Of a stretch of 32,000 nucleotides of DNA, positions 22,499 to 31,160 are shown in pieces. Position 1 is the stretch's first letter; each line of letters starts with the position of its first letter. Position numbers and translations under genes: made by a program. The stretch is from positions 1,950,001-1,982,000 of the forward strand of contig NZ_CP036280.1 of NCBI RefSeq assembly GCF_007748075.1, given 5' to 3'. The notes under the pieces are model-generated. The model was given only the letters and a program-made list of their open reading frames with translations. It did not search any database and was not told the origin of the DNA. The DNA is from Mucisphaera calidilacus (GTDB taxonomy: Bacteria > Planctomycetota > Phycisphaerae > Phycisphaerales > Phycisphaeraceae).

Positions 22499-23074
22499 TC
22501 AGCCCTCGGTACGCCGCGGCTGCCAGGTGGTTTCGGGGTGGGACTCGTTGTGGTTGGCGAGCCGGGCCAGGGCAAAGAGCAGGTCGGAGAGCCGGTTGAG
22601 GTAGGTGACGGCGAGGGGGTGTATCGGTTCAGCGTCGGCGAGTTGGACGGCGAGTCGTTCCGCGCGTCGGCAGACGGTGCGTGCGTGGTGGAGTCGTGCG
22701 GCGGTCTCACACCCGCCGGGAAGAATGAAGGCTCTGAGTTCCTCGACGGGCTGCGTCGCCTCATCGATCGCCCGCTCCAGGCCCGTGATCGTGGCTTGCT
22801 CGAAGACGGGCAGGCGTGCGCGGACCTCCTCGCGGGTGTCGTCGGGTGTGGCGAGGTGGGCGCCGAGGTCAAAGAGATCGGACTGGACGCGTGCCAGGGT
22901 CTCGACGAGCCCCTTGTGGGCGGGGTTGGCGGCGGCAGTGATGGCGAGGCCGAGGCCGGCGTTGAGTTCGTCAACAGCGCCGTAGACCTCGACGCGGAGC
23001 GCATCCTTGGCGACGCGTTGCCCGCCAAAGAGTGCGGTCGTGCCGTCATCACCAGTGCGTGTGTAGAGCTTCAA
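22499..23074 (-). CDS. PduO-type ATP:cob(I)alamin adenosyltransferase
   Basis: (M)KLYTRTGDDGTTALFGGQRVAKDALRVEVYGAVDELNAGLG is the family N-terminus. The 249-aa ORF-track version would overlap the lon 3' end. The TTG at 23074 gives 191 aa and the canonical MKxYTxxGDxGxT start. Confidence 0.8.
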   Translation of the reverse strand: MKLYTRTGDDGTTALFGGQRVAKDALRVEVYGAVDELNAGLGLAITAAANPAHKGLVETLARVQSDLFDLGAHLATPDDTREEVRARLPVFEQATITGLERAIDEATQPVEELRAFILPGGCETAARLHHARTVCRRAERLAVQLADAEPIHPLAVTYLNRLSDLLFALARLANHNESHPETTWQPRRTEG

Positions 23075-23099
23075 CGTGTCGTTCCGTGGGGGGTTGGCG

Positions 23100-25682
23100 T
23101 CAGCGTGTCTTGACGCCGAGCGCGTGATCGAGGATCTGATCGATGGTGTCCACAAACCTGAACTTGAGCCGTTTGCGGACGCGCGGGTCGATCTCCTCAA
23201 GGTCACGTTCATTGAGCTTAGGCAGCAGGACGGTGCGGACGCCGGCACGCTCGGCGGCGAGTGTTTTTTCCTTGATGCCGCCGACGGGCAGGACCTTGCC
23301 GCGGAGGGTGATCTCGCCGGTCATGGCGAGTCGTCCGCGGACAGGCTTGTCGAGCAGCAACGAGGCGATGGCGGTGAACATCGAGGTGCCCGCGGAGGGC
23401 CCGTCCTTGGGGATGGCGCCGGCGGGGACGTGGATGTGGATGTCGGTCTCGGCGAGCTTGTCGGGGTCGTACCCGAGGGCCTCGGCGCGTCCGCGGAAGA
23501 GGGAGAGTGCCGCGGCGGCGGACTCTTTCATGACGTCGCCGATCTGCCCGGTGAGTTTGAAGCCGCCCTTCCCGGGGAAGGCGGCGGCCTCGACGTAGAG
23601 CACTTCGCCGCCCACCGGCGTGTAGGCGAGCCCGGTCGCGACGCCCGGAGGCTTGGTGCGGTCGTCGATCTCGCGGACATACTTTTCGGGGCCGAGTGCC
23701 TCGCGGACGAGGTCGGGCGTGACCGAGCGTGAGTCGGGCTTGCCGTTGGCCGTGCGGGCTCTGGAGCCCTTGCGCCTTGGCCTGGATGCCACCTCGGAGG
23801 CGACGTTGCGGCAGACGGCGGCGATCTGGCGGTCGAGTTCGCGGACGCCGGCTTCGCGGGTGTAGTGCTCGATGACGGTGTGTATGGCGGGCGCGGCCCA
23901 GCGGCACTGGCTGCGGCGGAGGCCGTGCTCCTTGAGCTGCCTGGGGATCAGGTACTTGCGTGCGATGGCGGCCTTGTCGTGATCGGTGTAGCCGGGGATC
24001 TCGATCACTTCGAGCCGGTCGTGCAGGGCGGGCGGGACGTGCCCCATGTAGTTGGCGGTGGCGATAAAGAGCACGGCGGAGAGGTCGAAGGGGACGTCGA
24101 GGTAACGATCGACGAAGGCGTTGTTCTGCCTGGGGTCGAGCAGCTCAAGCAATGCGGAGGCGGGGTCGCCTCGGAAGTCGGCGCCGAGCTTGTCGATCTC
24201 GTCGAGCATGAGGACGGGGTTGTTGGTTCCGGCGCGTCGGATGGCCTGGATGATGCGTCCGGGCATGGCGCCGACGTAGGTGCGACGGTGACCGCGGATC
24301 TCGGCCTCGTCCCGGACGCCGCCGAGGGAGAGTCGGGCGAATTTGCGTCCCATGGCGTCGGCGATCGACTGGCCGAGGCTGGTCTTGCCGACGCCGGGCG
24401 GCCCGACGAGGCAGAGAATCGGCCCGCGGCTGTCGGGGTTGAGTTTGCGGACGGCGAGGTACTCGATCAGCCGCCGCTTGACTTTGTCGAGGTCGAAGTG
24501 ATCGCGGTCGAGGATGGCACGGGCCTCGATGAGGTCGAGGTTCTCCTCGCTGGCGGTGTTCCAGGGCAGCTCGGCGATGAGTTCGATGTAGGAGCTGATC
24601 ACCGAGTGCTCGGGGCTGGCGGGCGGGATCGCCTCGAGACGCGTGAGCTCGCGCTGGGCCTCCTCCATGACGGCCTCGGGCGGGGCTGCCTGCTCGAGCT
24701 GCTCGCGGAGCCGGGTGATGAGCTGTTCGCCGTCGCCGGTGTCCTCGCCAAGCTCTTTCTGCATCGCCTTGATCTGCTCGCGGAGGAAGAACTTGCGCTG
24801 GTTGTCGCCGATGGCGATCTCGACGTCTTCCTGGATCTTGGCCTGGAGCTGGGCGAGCTGGAGTCGTGAGGAGACGTGGTGGTGGATGGCGCGGACGCGT
24901 TTGGCGACGTCGGTGAGCTCGAGGATGTCCTGCTTCTGCTCGACCGAGAGGTCGATGTTGGCGGCGAGGAAGTCGGCAAGGTTGCCGGGGTCGTCGATGT
25001 TGAGCAGAACGGTCAGGGCCTGCTCGGGGGCGTTGGGGGAGAGCTCGATGAGCTGCCGGGCCTGCTCGCGTAGCTGAGCGATGGCCGCGTCGAAGGTCTT
25101 GCTCGAGCCGGGGCGTTCGGAGGGTTCCTCGACCTGGGCGCGGAGGTAGGGGTTGGTCTTCGTGGCCTTGAGCGCACGAACGCGCTTGAGGCCGTGAACG
25201 ATGATGGAGAGGTTCTCGTCGGGCTGCCGGACGAGTTTGAGCACCATGGCGGCGGTGCCCATCTCGTATAGATCGTCGATGCCCGGCTCCTCCTCGGTCT
25301 CCTCGCGTTGGGTGAAGAGACCAATGAACTTGCTGGTCGCGAGCGACTCGTCGAGGAGTTGCCGCGAAGAGGCTCGGCCGATGGAGATCGGCGTGATGGT
25401 GCCCGGGAAAACGACGGTGCCTCGGAGCGGGAGGATGGGCAGCTCCGAGGGTATGGGCGGCGTGCCGGTGTTGGCGAGCGCGTCGTTGCCGGGCGAGGGT
25501 GTCTGGGCGGTCTCGGCGGCGGCCCGCTTGCGACGCGTGGGCGGCTTCTTCTTGCCGACGACCCGTGCGACGCGTCGGGGAAGCTTCTTCGCCGGCTTCT
25601 TGGCGCTTTTCTTCGCCTGGCTGCCGGCGGTCTTCCTGCCGGTTTTCGGGGTGCTTTTCGGGGTGCTCTTCTTTTTGGCCAC
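23100..25682 (-). CDS. lon: ATP-dependent Lon protease (LonA) with about 80-aa Lys/Arg/Pro-rich N-terminal extension
   Basis: Lon N-domain (LPILPLRGTVVFPG). Walker A GPPGVGKTSLG and Walker B VLMLDEIDK. Protease domain with catalytic Ser context PKDGPSAGTSMFTAI and GEITLRGKVLPVGGIKEK. GTG start at 25682; the extension is AKKKSTPKSTPKTGRKTAGSQAKKSAKKPAKKLPRR.... Confidence 0.93.
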   Translation of the reverse strand: MAKKKSTPKSTPKTGRKTAGSQAKKSAKKPAKKLPRRVARVVGKKKPPTRRKRAAAETAQTPSPGNDALANTGTPPIPSELPILPLRGTVVFPGTITPISIGRASSRQLLDESLATSKFIGLFTQREETEEEPGIDDLYEMGTAAMVLKLVRQPDENLSIIVHGLKRVRALKATKTNPYLRAQVEEPSERPGSSKTFDAAIAQLREQARQLIELSPNAPEQALTVLLNIDDPGNLADFLAANIDLSVEQKQDILELTDVAKRVRAIHHHVSSRLQLAQLQAKIQEDVEIAIGDNQRKFFLREQIKAMQKELGEDTGDGEQLITRLREQLEQAAPPEAVMEEAQRELTRLEAIPPASPEHSVISSYIELIAELPWNTASEENLDLIEARAILDRDHFDLDKVKRRLIEYLAVRKLNPDSRGPILCLVGPPGVGKTSLGQSIADAMGRKFARLSLGGVRDEAEIRGHRRTYVGAMPGRIIQAIRRAGTNNPVLMLDEIDKLGADFRGDPASALLELLDPRQNNAFVDRYLDVPFDLSAVLFIATANYMGHVPPALHDRLEVIEIPGYTDHDKAAIARKYLIPRQLKEHGLRRSQCRWAAPAIHTVIEHYTREAGVRELDRQIAAVCRNVASEVASRPRRKGSRARTANGKPDSRSVTPDLVREALGPEKYVREIDDRTKPPGVATGLAYTPVGGEVLYVEAAAFPGKGGFKLTGQIGDVMKESAAAALSLFRGRAEALGYDPDKLAETDIHIHVPAGAIPKDGPSAGTSMFTAIASLLLDKPVRGRLAMTGEITLRGKVLPVGGIKEKTLAAERAGVRTVLLPKLNERDLEEIDPRVRKRLKFRFVDTIDQILDHALGVKTR

Positions 25683-25704
25683 GGCTCTATCGGGAAGTCT
25701 GCGG

Positions 25705-26121
25705 TCAACCGACGGACGAGGGTGTCTCGGTCGAGCCTGGGATTTCGGTTTCGGTTCGGCTGACCAGCGGGAGGGTCAGGTGCATGAGCCCGCGATCGTA
25801 GACCTGCCGCACGCTGGTGAGGTCGAGTCGGACGGGCACCTCGATCACGCGGACAAAGGATCCGTAGTCGATCTCCATGACCTCGATGCGTCCCTTGCTG
25901 GGGTCGACGATCTCGGGCTGGGGGCAGACGCGTTCGCCACGGACCACGAGCTGGCCCTCGGCGAATTCGACGGAGATCGAGGTGGGCTCGACGCCTGCGA
26001 GGTCGAGGCAGACGTGCAGCTCGGTGGGCGTCCGGAAGACGTTGATGGCGGGCGACCACGAGGAGTCGAACGAGCAGGCCTCGTCGCCTCGAAACCAACC
26101 TGTTTCCATCAATTCGTCCAT
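25705..26121 (-). CDS. Hsp20/alpha-crystallin-family small heat-shock protein
   Basis: Alpha-crystallin-domain pattern: AINVFRTPTELHVCLDLAGVEPTSISVEFAEGQLVVRGER ... YGSFVRVIEVPVRLDLTSVRQVYDRGLMHLTLP. Its stop is 22 nt upstream of the lon start. Confidence 0.8.
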   Translation of the reverse strand: MDELMETGWFRGDEACSFDSSWSPAINVFRTPTELHVCLDLAGVEPTSISVEFAEGQLVVRGERVCPQPEIVDPSKGRIEVMEIDYGSFVRVIEVPVRLDLTSVRQVYDRGLMHLTLPLVSRTETEIPGSTETPSSVG

Positions 26122-26270
26122 GGGCTGTTCCCTGCGTCTGATGCCCTAGACTACAGGAATCGAGGAGCGAGAAACCCGATTGCTGCCAGAATTTGGCTCC
26201 CCTGGCGTCGGTTGCCTACGATGTTTCGTTCGCTACCTAATCAAGACCTAACCGAATCGGAGCCAGCAGG

Positions 26271-27095
26271 ATGACCATGACTGATACGTACCCGACCAAC
26301 GGATCGCACGCCATGCCCGATGTTCAGGGCAGCCGCGACGAGCGCAACATCGCGATCAACCGCGTCGGCGTCAAGGGCGTGCGTTATCCGATCACGCTGC
26401 TGGACCGCAAGAGCGGCGGCGAGCAGCACACGGTGGCCATGGTGGACATGTACGTGGCCCTGCCCGCCGACCAGAAGGGCACGCACATGAGCCGCTTCCT
26501 CGAGGTGCTCAACGCCCATCACCGCTCGATCCACTCGGACGACGTGATGGCGATGTGCCGCGAGATGAAGCAGCGTCTCGACGCGGAAGAGGCACACCTG
26601 CAGGTGACCTTCCCCTACTTCATCGACAAGCCGGCCCCGGTCTCGGGCCAGGTGGGCAAGATCGACGTCGAGGTGACTTTCACCTGCACAACGACGGGTA
26701 ACACCGACGACTTCATCCTTGGCGTCAAGGTGCCGGCAACCAGCCTGTGCCCCTGCTCCAAGGAGATCTCCGCGTACGGTGCGCACAATCAGCGTTGCGA
26801 GATGATGGTCGAGGTCCGTGTCGCCGAGGATGCCGTAATGTGGGTCGAAGATCTGGTCAAGGTCGCTGAGAACGCGGCGAGCACGCAGGTCTTCTCGGTA
26901 CTTAAGCGACCGGACGAGAAGTACGTGACCGAGGCCGCGTACGACAACCCGAAGTTCGTCGAGGACATCGTGCGTGACCTCGCTCTAGCGCTCGAGTCTG
27001 ACGATCGTGTGACGTGGTACCGGGTCGACAGTGAGAACTACGAATCCATCCACAACCACAACGCGTTCGCCTGCATCGAGCGCGATAAGCAATGA
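26271..27095 (+). CDS. folE2: GTP cyclohydrolase I type 2 (FolE2/MptA family)
   Basis: FolE2-type motifs: IAINRVGVKGVRYPITL, DQKGTHMSRFLEVL, ATSLCPCSKEIS..GAHNQR, NYESIHNHNAFA. SD GGAG upstream. Confidence 0.88.
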   Translation: MTMTDTYPTNGSHAMPDVQGSRDERNIAINRVGVKGVRYPITLLDRKSGGEQHTVAMVDMYVALPADQKGTHMSRFLEVLNAHHRSIHSDDVMAMCREMKQRLDAEEAHLQVTFPYFIDKPAPVSGQVGKIDVEVTFTCTTTGNTDDFILGVKVPATSLCPCSKEISAYGAHNQRCEMMVEVRVAEDAVMWVEDLVKVAENAASTQVFSVLKRPDEKYVTEAAYDNPKFVEDIVRDLALALESDDRVTWYRVDSENYESIHNHNAFACIERDKQ

Positions 27096-27102
27096 TTGAG
27101 CA

Positions 27103-28035
27103 CTAGTCCTCGAGCTTCTCACCTTTCAGATAATGAAAGTAAGGCGCATCAGCAGAGAGCAACAGTGTTGTTCCTCCGCTGAGTGTCTTTGAATAACTCT
27201 CCAGGGTGCGCATGAAGGCGTAGAACTCGGGGTCTTTGCCGTAGGCGCCGGCGTAGATGTTGGTCGCTTCGGCATCGGCCTTGCCGCGGATGATCTCGGC
27301 GTCCCGCTGGGCGCTGGAGGTGATCTGCGCGAGGTCGCGCTGCGTTTCGCCTTGGATTCGTGAGGCCTCGCCCTCGCCCTCGGAGCGGTACTGCTGGGCG
27401 ACGCGTTGGCGTTCGGTGATCATGCGGTCGAAGACGCGAGCCTGGACCGAGGGGACGTAGTTGACGCGTTTGATGCGTACGTCGACAAGTTCGATGCCAA
27501 ACTGATCCATGTTGGCGGAGGCTTTGCGGAGGATCAGCGCTTCGAGCTCTTCGCGGCCGGCGGGCTGATCACCCTCGGAGGCGGGGGGATTCTGGCTGTC
27601 GCTGATGACGCCACCGGCCCAGTCAGAAGACTGGACGAGCTGCGCGAGGTTGGTGCTGGAGACCGAGTCGCGGACAACGGAATCGATCACGTCGTCGAGG
27701 CGTGACTGGGCGCCGGACTCGTCACGGACTCGCTGGAGGAAGAGCAGCGGGTCGATGATCCGCCAGCGTGCGGTGGTGTCGATCTTGATGAACTGTCGTT
27801 CGAGCGTGGGGATCTGGTTCGGGTCGCCATCCCACGCGAGCAGGCGTTTGTCGAAGCGGCGGACATCGTCGATGAAGGGCAGCTTGAAGTGAATCCCTGC
27901 CTCGGTTACCGCGTTGCCAACCGGCTGCTGGAAGCGAAGAATGACGGCCTGCTCGGTCTCGTCGAGCTGGTAGAGCGAGCCGGCGAGGACAATGATGACG
28001 ATGAAAAACAGGATGATGGCGAGTCCTCGGATCAT
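27103..28035 (-). CDS. hflC: FtsH protease modulator HflC (SPFH/band-7 domain)
   Basis: N-terminal TM helix, SPFH domain (VILRFQQPVG...GIHFKLPFIDDVRRFDKRL), and a coiled-coil region with RQRVAQQYRSEGEGEASRIQGE. Its start overlaps the hflK stop by 1 nt (TGATG). Confidence 0.88.
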   Translation of the reverse strand: MIRGLAIILFFIVIIVLAGSLYQLDETEQAVILRFQQPVGNAVTEAGIHFKLPFIDDVRRFDKRLLAWDGDPNQIPTLERQFIKIDTTARWRIIDPLLFLQRVRDESGAQSRLDDVIDSVVRDSVSSTNLAQLVQSSDWAGGVISDSQNPPASEGDQPAGREELEALILRKASANMDQFGIELVDVRIKRVNYVPSVQARVFDRMITERQRVAQQYRSEGEGEASRIQGETQRDLAQITSSAQRDAEIIRGKADAEATNIYAGAYGKDPEFYAFMRTLESYSKTLSGGTTLLLSADAPYFHYLKGEKLED

Positions 28036-29072
28036 CAGCGTGACCCTCCCTTCGTTGCGTTCGCGGGCTGGCCGTTGCCGAGGTTCAGCAGCGGGAGCGG
28101 CCCGGTCTGTCCGGGTTCGATGACATATATCTGCCCGACGGCGGGGAGCACGTCGTCGATCGCTTCGAGGAACATCCGCTGGCGCGTGACCTGCGGAGCG
28201 GCCTCGTAGGCTTCGAGCAGGGCGAGGTAGCGTTCAGCCTGGCCGCGTGCGGTGTTCACGCGTTCGGCGGCGTAGCCCTCGGCCTGGGCGACGAGCTGGA
28301 GGGCCTCACCCTCGGCGCGGGCGAGCACCTGGTTGCGTGACCGCTCCGCCTCGTTGATCAATCGTTCGCGTTCCTGCTGGGCGGCGTTGACGTCGTCGAA
28401 GGCGGGCTTGACGCGCTCGGGCGGCAGGACGTCCTGCAGTTCGATGGAGGTGATGGCGATGCCGATGTCGTAGGCGTCGAGCGAGCGTGTCAGGCCCTCT
28501 TTCATCTCGACGGCGATCTGCGTACGCCCGATTGTGAGCACGTCCGAAGCGACACGGTTGCCGACGATCTGCCGCATGGTCGCCTCGGCGATGTCGCGGA
28601 GGGTCTCGACGGGCGCACGAACCGAGTGGAGGAACTTGACGGGGTCGGCGATCTGGTACTGGACGACCCACTCGACGTCGATGACGTTGAGGTCGCCGGT
28701 CAGCATCAAGGAGACCTCGAGGTCCTGAGCGGTCTTGGTGTAGGTGGTCCGCTGGCCCGGCTCGACGGTACGGAAACCGAACTCTTCCTTGAGGACACGC
28801 TCGGTGGGGACGAACGTGGCGGTCTCGATGAAGAAGGGCAGCTTGAAGTTCAGCCCCGGCTCGGCGACCCGGGCGACGCGCCCAAAGCGTTTGACGACCG
28901 CCTCGCCCTCGGTAGCGACGGTGTAGACCGAGGTCCAGGCACCGACGCCCATCAGGAGGATCACGATGACGATGGGCGTAACGCCGGCGGCGTATCGCTT
29001 CCAGAGCAGCGCGATGATGTCGGCTGGATTCATTTCGGGCGGCTGGCCCGGGCTGGGGGGTGGCGGTGCCAT
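28035..29072 (-). CDS. hflK: FtsH protease modulator HflK (SPFH/band-7 domain)
   Basis: Pro-rich N-terminus, TM helix, SPFH domain (GEAVVKRFGRVARVAEPGLNFKLPFFIE, VQYQIADPVKF), and a C-terminal helical region (INEAERSRNQVLARAEGEA). Paired with hflC. Confidence 0.88.
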   Translation of the reverse strand: MAPPPPSPGQPPEMNPADIIALLWKRYAAGVTPIVIVILLMGVGAWTSVYTVATEGEAVVKRFGRVARVAEPGLNFKLPFFIETATFVPTERVLKEEFGFRTVEPGQRTTYTKTAQDLEVSLMLTGDLNVIDVEWVVQYQIADPVKFLHSVRAPVETLRDIAEATMRQIVGNRVASDVLTIGRTQIAVEMKEGLTRSLDAYDIGIAITSIELQDVLPPERVKPAFDDVNAAQQERERLINEAERSRNQVLARAEGEALQLVAQAEGYAAERVNTARGQAERYLALLEAYEAAPQVTRQRMFLEAIDDVLPAVGQIYVIEPGQTGPLPLLNLGNGQPANATKGGSR

Positions 29073-29165
29073 GGTGTGCGGACTCCTCGGTGTTCTTGTT
29101 ATTCAGAGTGTAGTCGTTCATCCGCCGAAGACCTTGCGGGATGCCTGAGGTTATGGTGTGTCGCG

Positions 29166-31088
29166 ATGAACAAGGCTGTTGCGTCGACAAAACGCCCGCG
29201 TCCGCTCTGGCGGAACCTCAATTTCACCCTGATGTGGACGAGCACCGCGGCCTCGGGCTTCGGCGACCGGATCATCATGAGCAGCGCCTGGGTGCTGCTC
29301 GGGGGGCTGCTGGCGACCGCCGACTCGACGAGCATCCAGGCGGGCGTCAGTTTTTTCTTCTTCGCGCCCTACATCCTCTTCAGCCTGCCGGCGGGCTGGC
29401 TGGCGGACCGGGTCCCGCGGAAGTGGATCATGCTGGGGTGCGACGAGACACGCGGGATTGCCGTACTCGTCGGGCTGGCGTTCCTCTCAGGGATGTTCGG
29501 GGCGACCCCTGACCCCGATGCGGTGTGGTGGCGTGTCATGGCGGTGGTCGCGCTGGCGGGGACGTGTGCGGCGGTGTTCAACCCGGCACGCAACGCGATT
29601 GTCCCCGAGATCATCCCGCGTAATCAGCTGCAACCGGCCAACGCGGTGATCCTCGGCATCAACGTGGTGGCGTCTCTCTGCGCGCTGCAGGTCTTCAACC
29701 TGATGACCGACGGTGAGCAGATCAAGGCGATGGACTTCACCTCGCTCCAGCCGGCGTTGTGGATGTGTGCCTGTTTCTACGTCGTCTCGGGCCTGTTCTT
29801 TGCGTTCCTGCGGCCGATCGAGCACCAGCGAGTGGTCGAGAACAAGGCGAATCGTTCGCTCGGGCCCGCGATCCGGTACACCCTGCGGCACCGCAGGCTG
29901 ATCGTCCTGATCTTCTTCAACATCCTGCTCTGGGCGGCGGGGGCGCTGGTCTTCTCGTCGGTCCCGGGGCTGGGGCGGACGCACCACGACTACGCCGGCG
30001 AAGCGATGGTGGGGTTTGTCGCGAACGTCGGCTCGGCGGTCGGCCTGGGCATGCTCGGCGGCGCACTGATCATCGGCCTGCTCGGGCGTCGACGGGAGTC
30101 GACGTGGACACTGACCGGCGCGACGACGCTGCTGGGCCTGGCGCTGATCGGTATCGCCACGGTTCCGTCGTACCTCGCCGCCGTGATGTTCGGCTTCCTG
30201 GTGGGTTGCCTGGGCAACATCGCGATCGTAACGACGATCACGACGATCCAGTGCCTGTCGCCGAACTACATCCGCGGGCGTGTCATGGGCATCACCGCCC
30301 TGTCGAACACGCTGATCAGCGTGCTGACCTATTTCAGCGTCTGGCGCGTGCCGAACGCCGACGTGATGATCGTGATCGCCGTCGGCTGCATGGGCGTGCT
30401 GATGCTCATCGTCGGCGCGACCGGGTTCTGGCTGCACCTGATCCGGGGCCCGATCCCGGGCAACTACGTGGCGAACGGCTTCTGGCACTTCGTGCGCTGG
30501 TACGTGCTGATCTACCACCGCTGCAGGTGGGTCGGCCGGCACCACATCCCGTCGCGGGGCAAGGCGATCCTCGCCTCGAACCACACGACGGGGCTTGACC
30601 CGCTGGTCATGCAGGCGGGGAGCCTGCGCCCGATCCGCTGGCTGATGCTCACGAGCTACCTCTTCTGGCCGCTCAACCCGCTCTGGCGAGCCATCAGGCC
30701 GATCGCGATGGAGTATGGCAGCAACAACACCTCGAAGATCCGCCGTCTCGTCGAAGTGCTCAACGACGAGGAGGACCTGGTCGGGATCTTCCCCGAGGGT
30801 TCCCTGCAGCGCACGGAGCGCGAGCTGCTGCCGCTCCAGCCGGGGATCGTGACGATCGCGAAACGCACGGGGGCACCGATCGTTCCGGTGCACATCCACG
30901 GGACACCCCTCAAGCACAGCATGCTGCTGCATTTCTTCTGGCCGGGGCGGGTGACCGTGGTCTTCGGCAGGCCCTGGCAGCCGGACCCGAGTCTCACGAA
31001 GCAGGCCTTCCTCGACGAACTGCGACGGCGGATGACCGAGTTGGAAGCACAGATAGCGGTCGCCCACACGCTGCCCTGCAACGGCTGA
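29166..31088 (+). CDS. Fusion protein: MFS transporter (LplT-like lysophospholipid transporter architecture) plus C-terminal PlsC-type acyltransferase domain
   Basis: The ORF-track start at 28626 runs antisense through hflK. The ATG at 29166 gives MNKAVASTKRPRPLWRNLNFTLMWTSTAASGFGDRI, an MFS start, followed by multiple TM helices. The C-terminal domain has the acyltransferase motifs NHTTGLD (HX4D, 30582-30599) and GIFPEGS. Confidence 0.8.
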   Translation: MNKAVASTKRPRPLWRNLNFTLMWTSTAASGFGDRIIMSSAWVLLGGLLATADSTSIQAGVSFFFFAPYILFSLPAGWLADRVPRKWIMLGCDETRGIAVLVGLAFLSGMFGATPDPDAVWWRVMAVVALAGTCAAVFNPARNAIVPEIIPRNQLQPANAVILGINVVASLCALQVFNLMTDGEQIKAMDFTSLQPALWMCACFYVVSGLFFAFLRPIEHQRVVENKANRSLGPAIRYTLRHRRLIVLIFFNILLWAAGALVFSSVPGLGRTHHDYAGEAMVGFVANVGSAVGLGMLGGALIIGLLGRRRESTWTLTGATTLLGLALIGIATVPSYLAAVMFGFLVGCLGNIAIVTTITTIQCLSPNYIRGRVMGITALSNTLISVLTYFSVWRVPNADVMIVIAVGCMGVLMLIVGATGFWLHLIRGPIPGNYVANGFWHFVRWYVLIYHRCRWVGRHHIPSRGKAILASNHTTGLDPLVMQAGSLRPIRWLMLTSYLFWPLNPLWRAIRPIAMEYGSNNTSKIRRLVEVLNDEEDLVGIFPEGSLQRTERELLPLQPGIVTIAKRTGAPIVPVHIHGTPLKHSMLLHFFWPGRVTVVFGRPWQPDPSLTKQAFLDELRRRMTELEAQIAVAHTLPCNG

Positions 31089-31092
31089 CACG

Positions 31093-31138
31093 ACCCCGCC
31101 CGGGGCGGTAAGCTTTAGTTCAGTTTTGTTTTCGTTTT
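31093..31138 (+). terminator. Short GC hairpin followed by an unusually T-rich tract
   Basis: A 6-bp stem ACCGCC (31093-31100 region) pairs with GGCGGT (31104-31109) across a 3-nt loop. It is followed by agctttagttcagttttgttttcgtttt, which is very T-rich for this genome. Confidence 0.45.
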
Positions 31139-31160
31139 GGCGACCTTCCAGGAGCATCGC

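Noticed and set aside
23075-23248. 58-codon N-terminal extension of the PduO-type adenosyltransferase ORF, which overlaps the lon 3' end.
   Set aside because: The extension has no family similarity and would overlap lon by about 150 nt. The TTG at 23074 reproduces the canonical MKxYTxxGDxGxT N-terminus.
26190-26215. Possible sigma54-type -24/-12 element (TGGCgtcggTTGC) between hsp20 and folE2.
   Set aside because: The GG-to-GC spacing is 10 nt rather than the required 12, and no enhancer-binding-protein gene is nearby. I also found no convincing sigma32 or CIRCE element here.
27103-27200. Locally lower G+C at the 3' end of hflC, considered as a possible foreign insert or hidden element.
   Set aside because: The frame remains open and encodes a normal HflC C-terminus (TLLLSADAPYFHYLKGEKLED). 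I see no repeats or boundaries, so it is most simply ordinary compositional variation.
28626-29165. 180-codon N-terminal extension of the MFS-PlsC ORF (ORF-track start at 28626).
   Set aside because: It lies antisense to the well-supported hflK gene and translates to low-complexity D/G/E/V-rich sequence. The MFS domain begins cleanly at the ATG at 29166, just past the hflK start.
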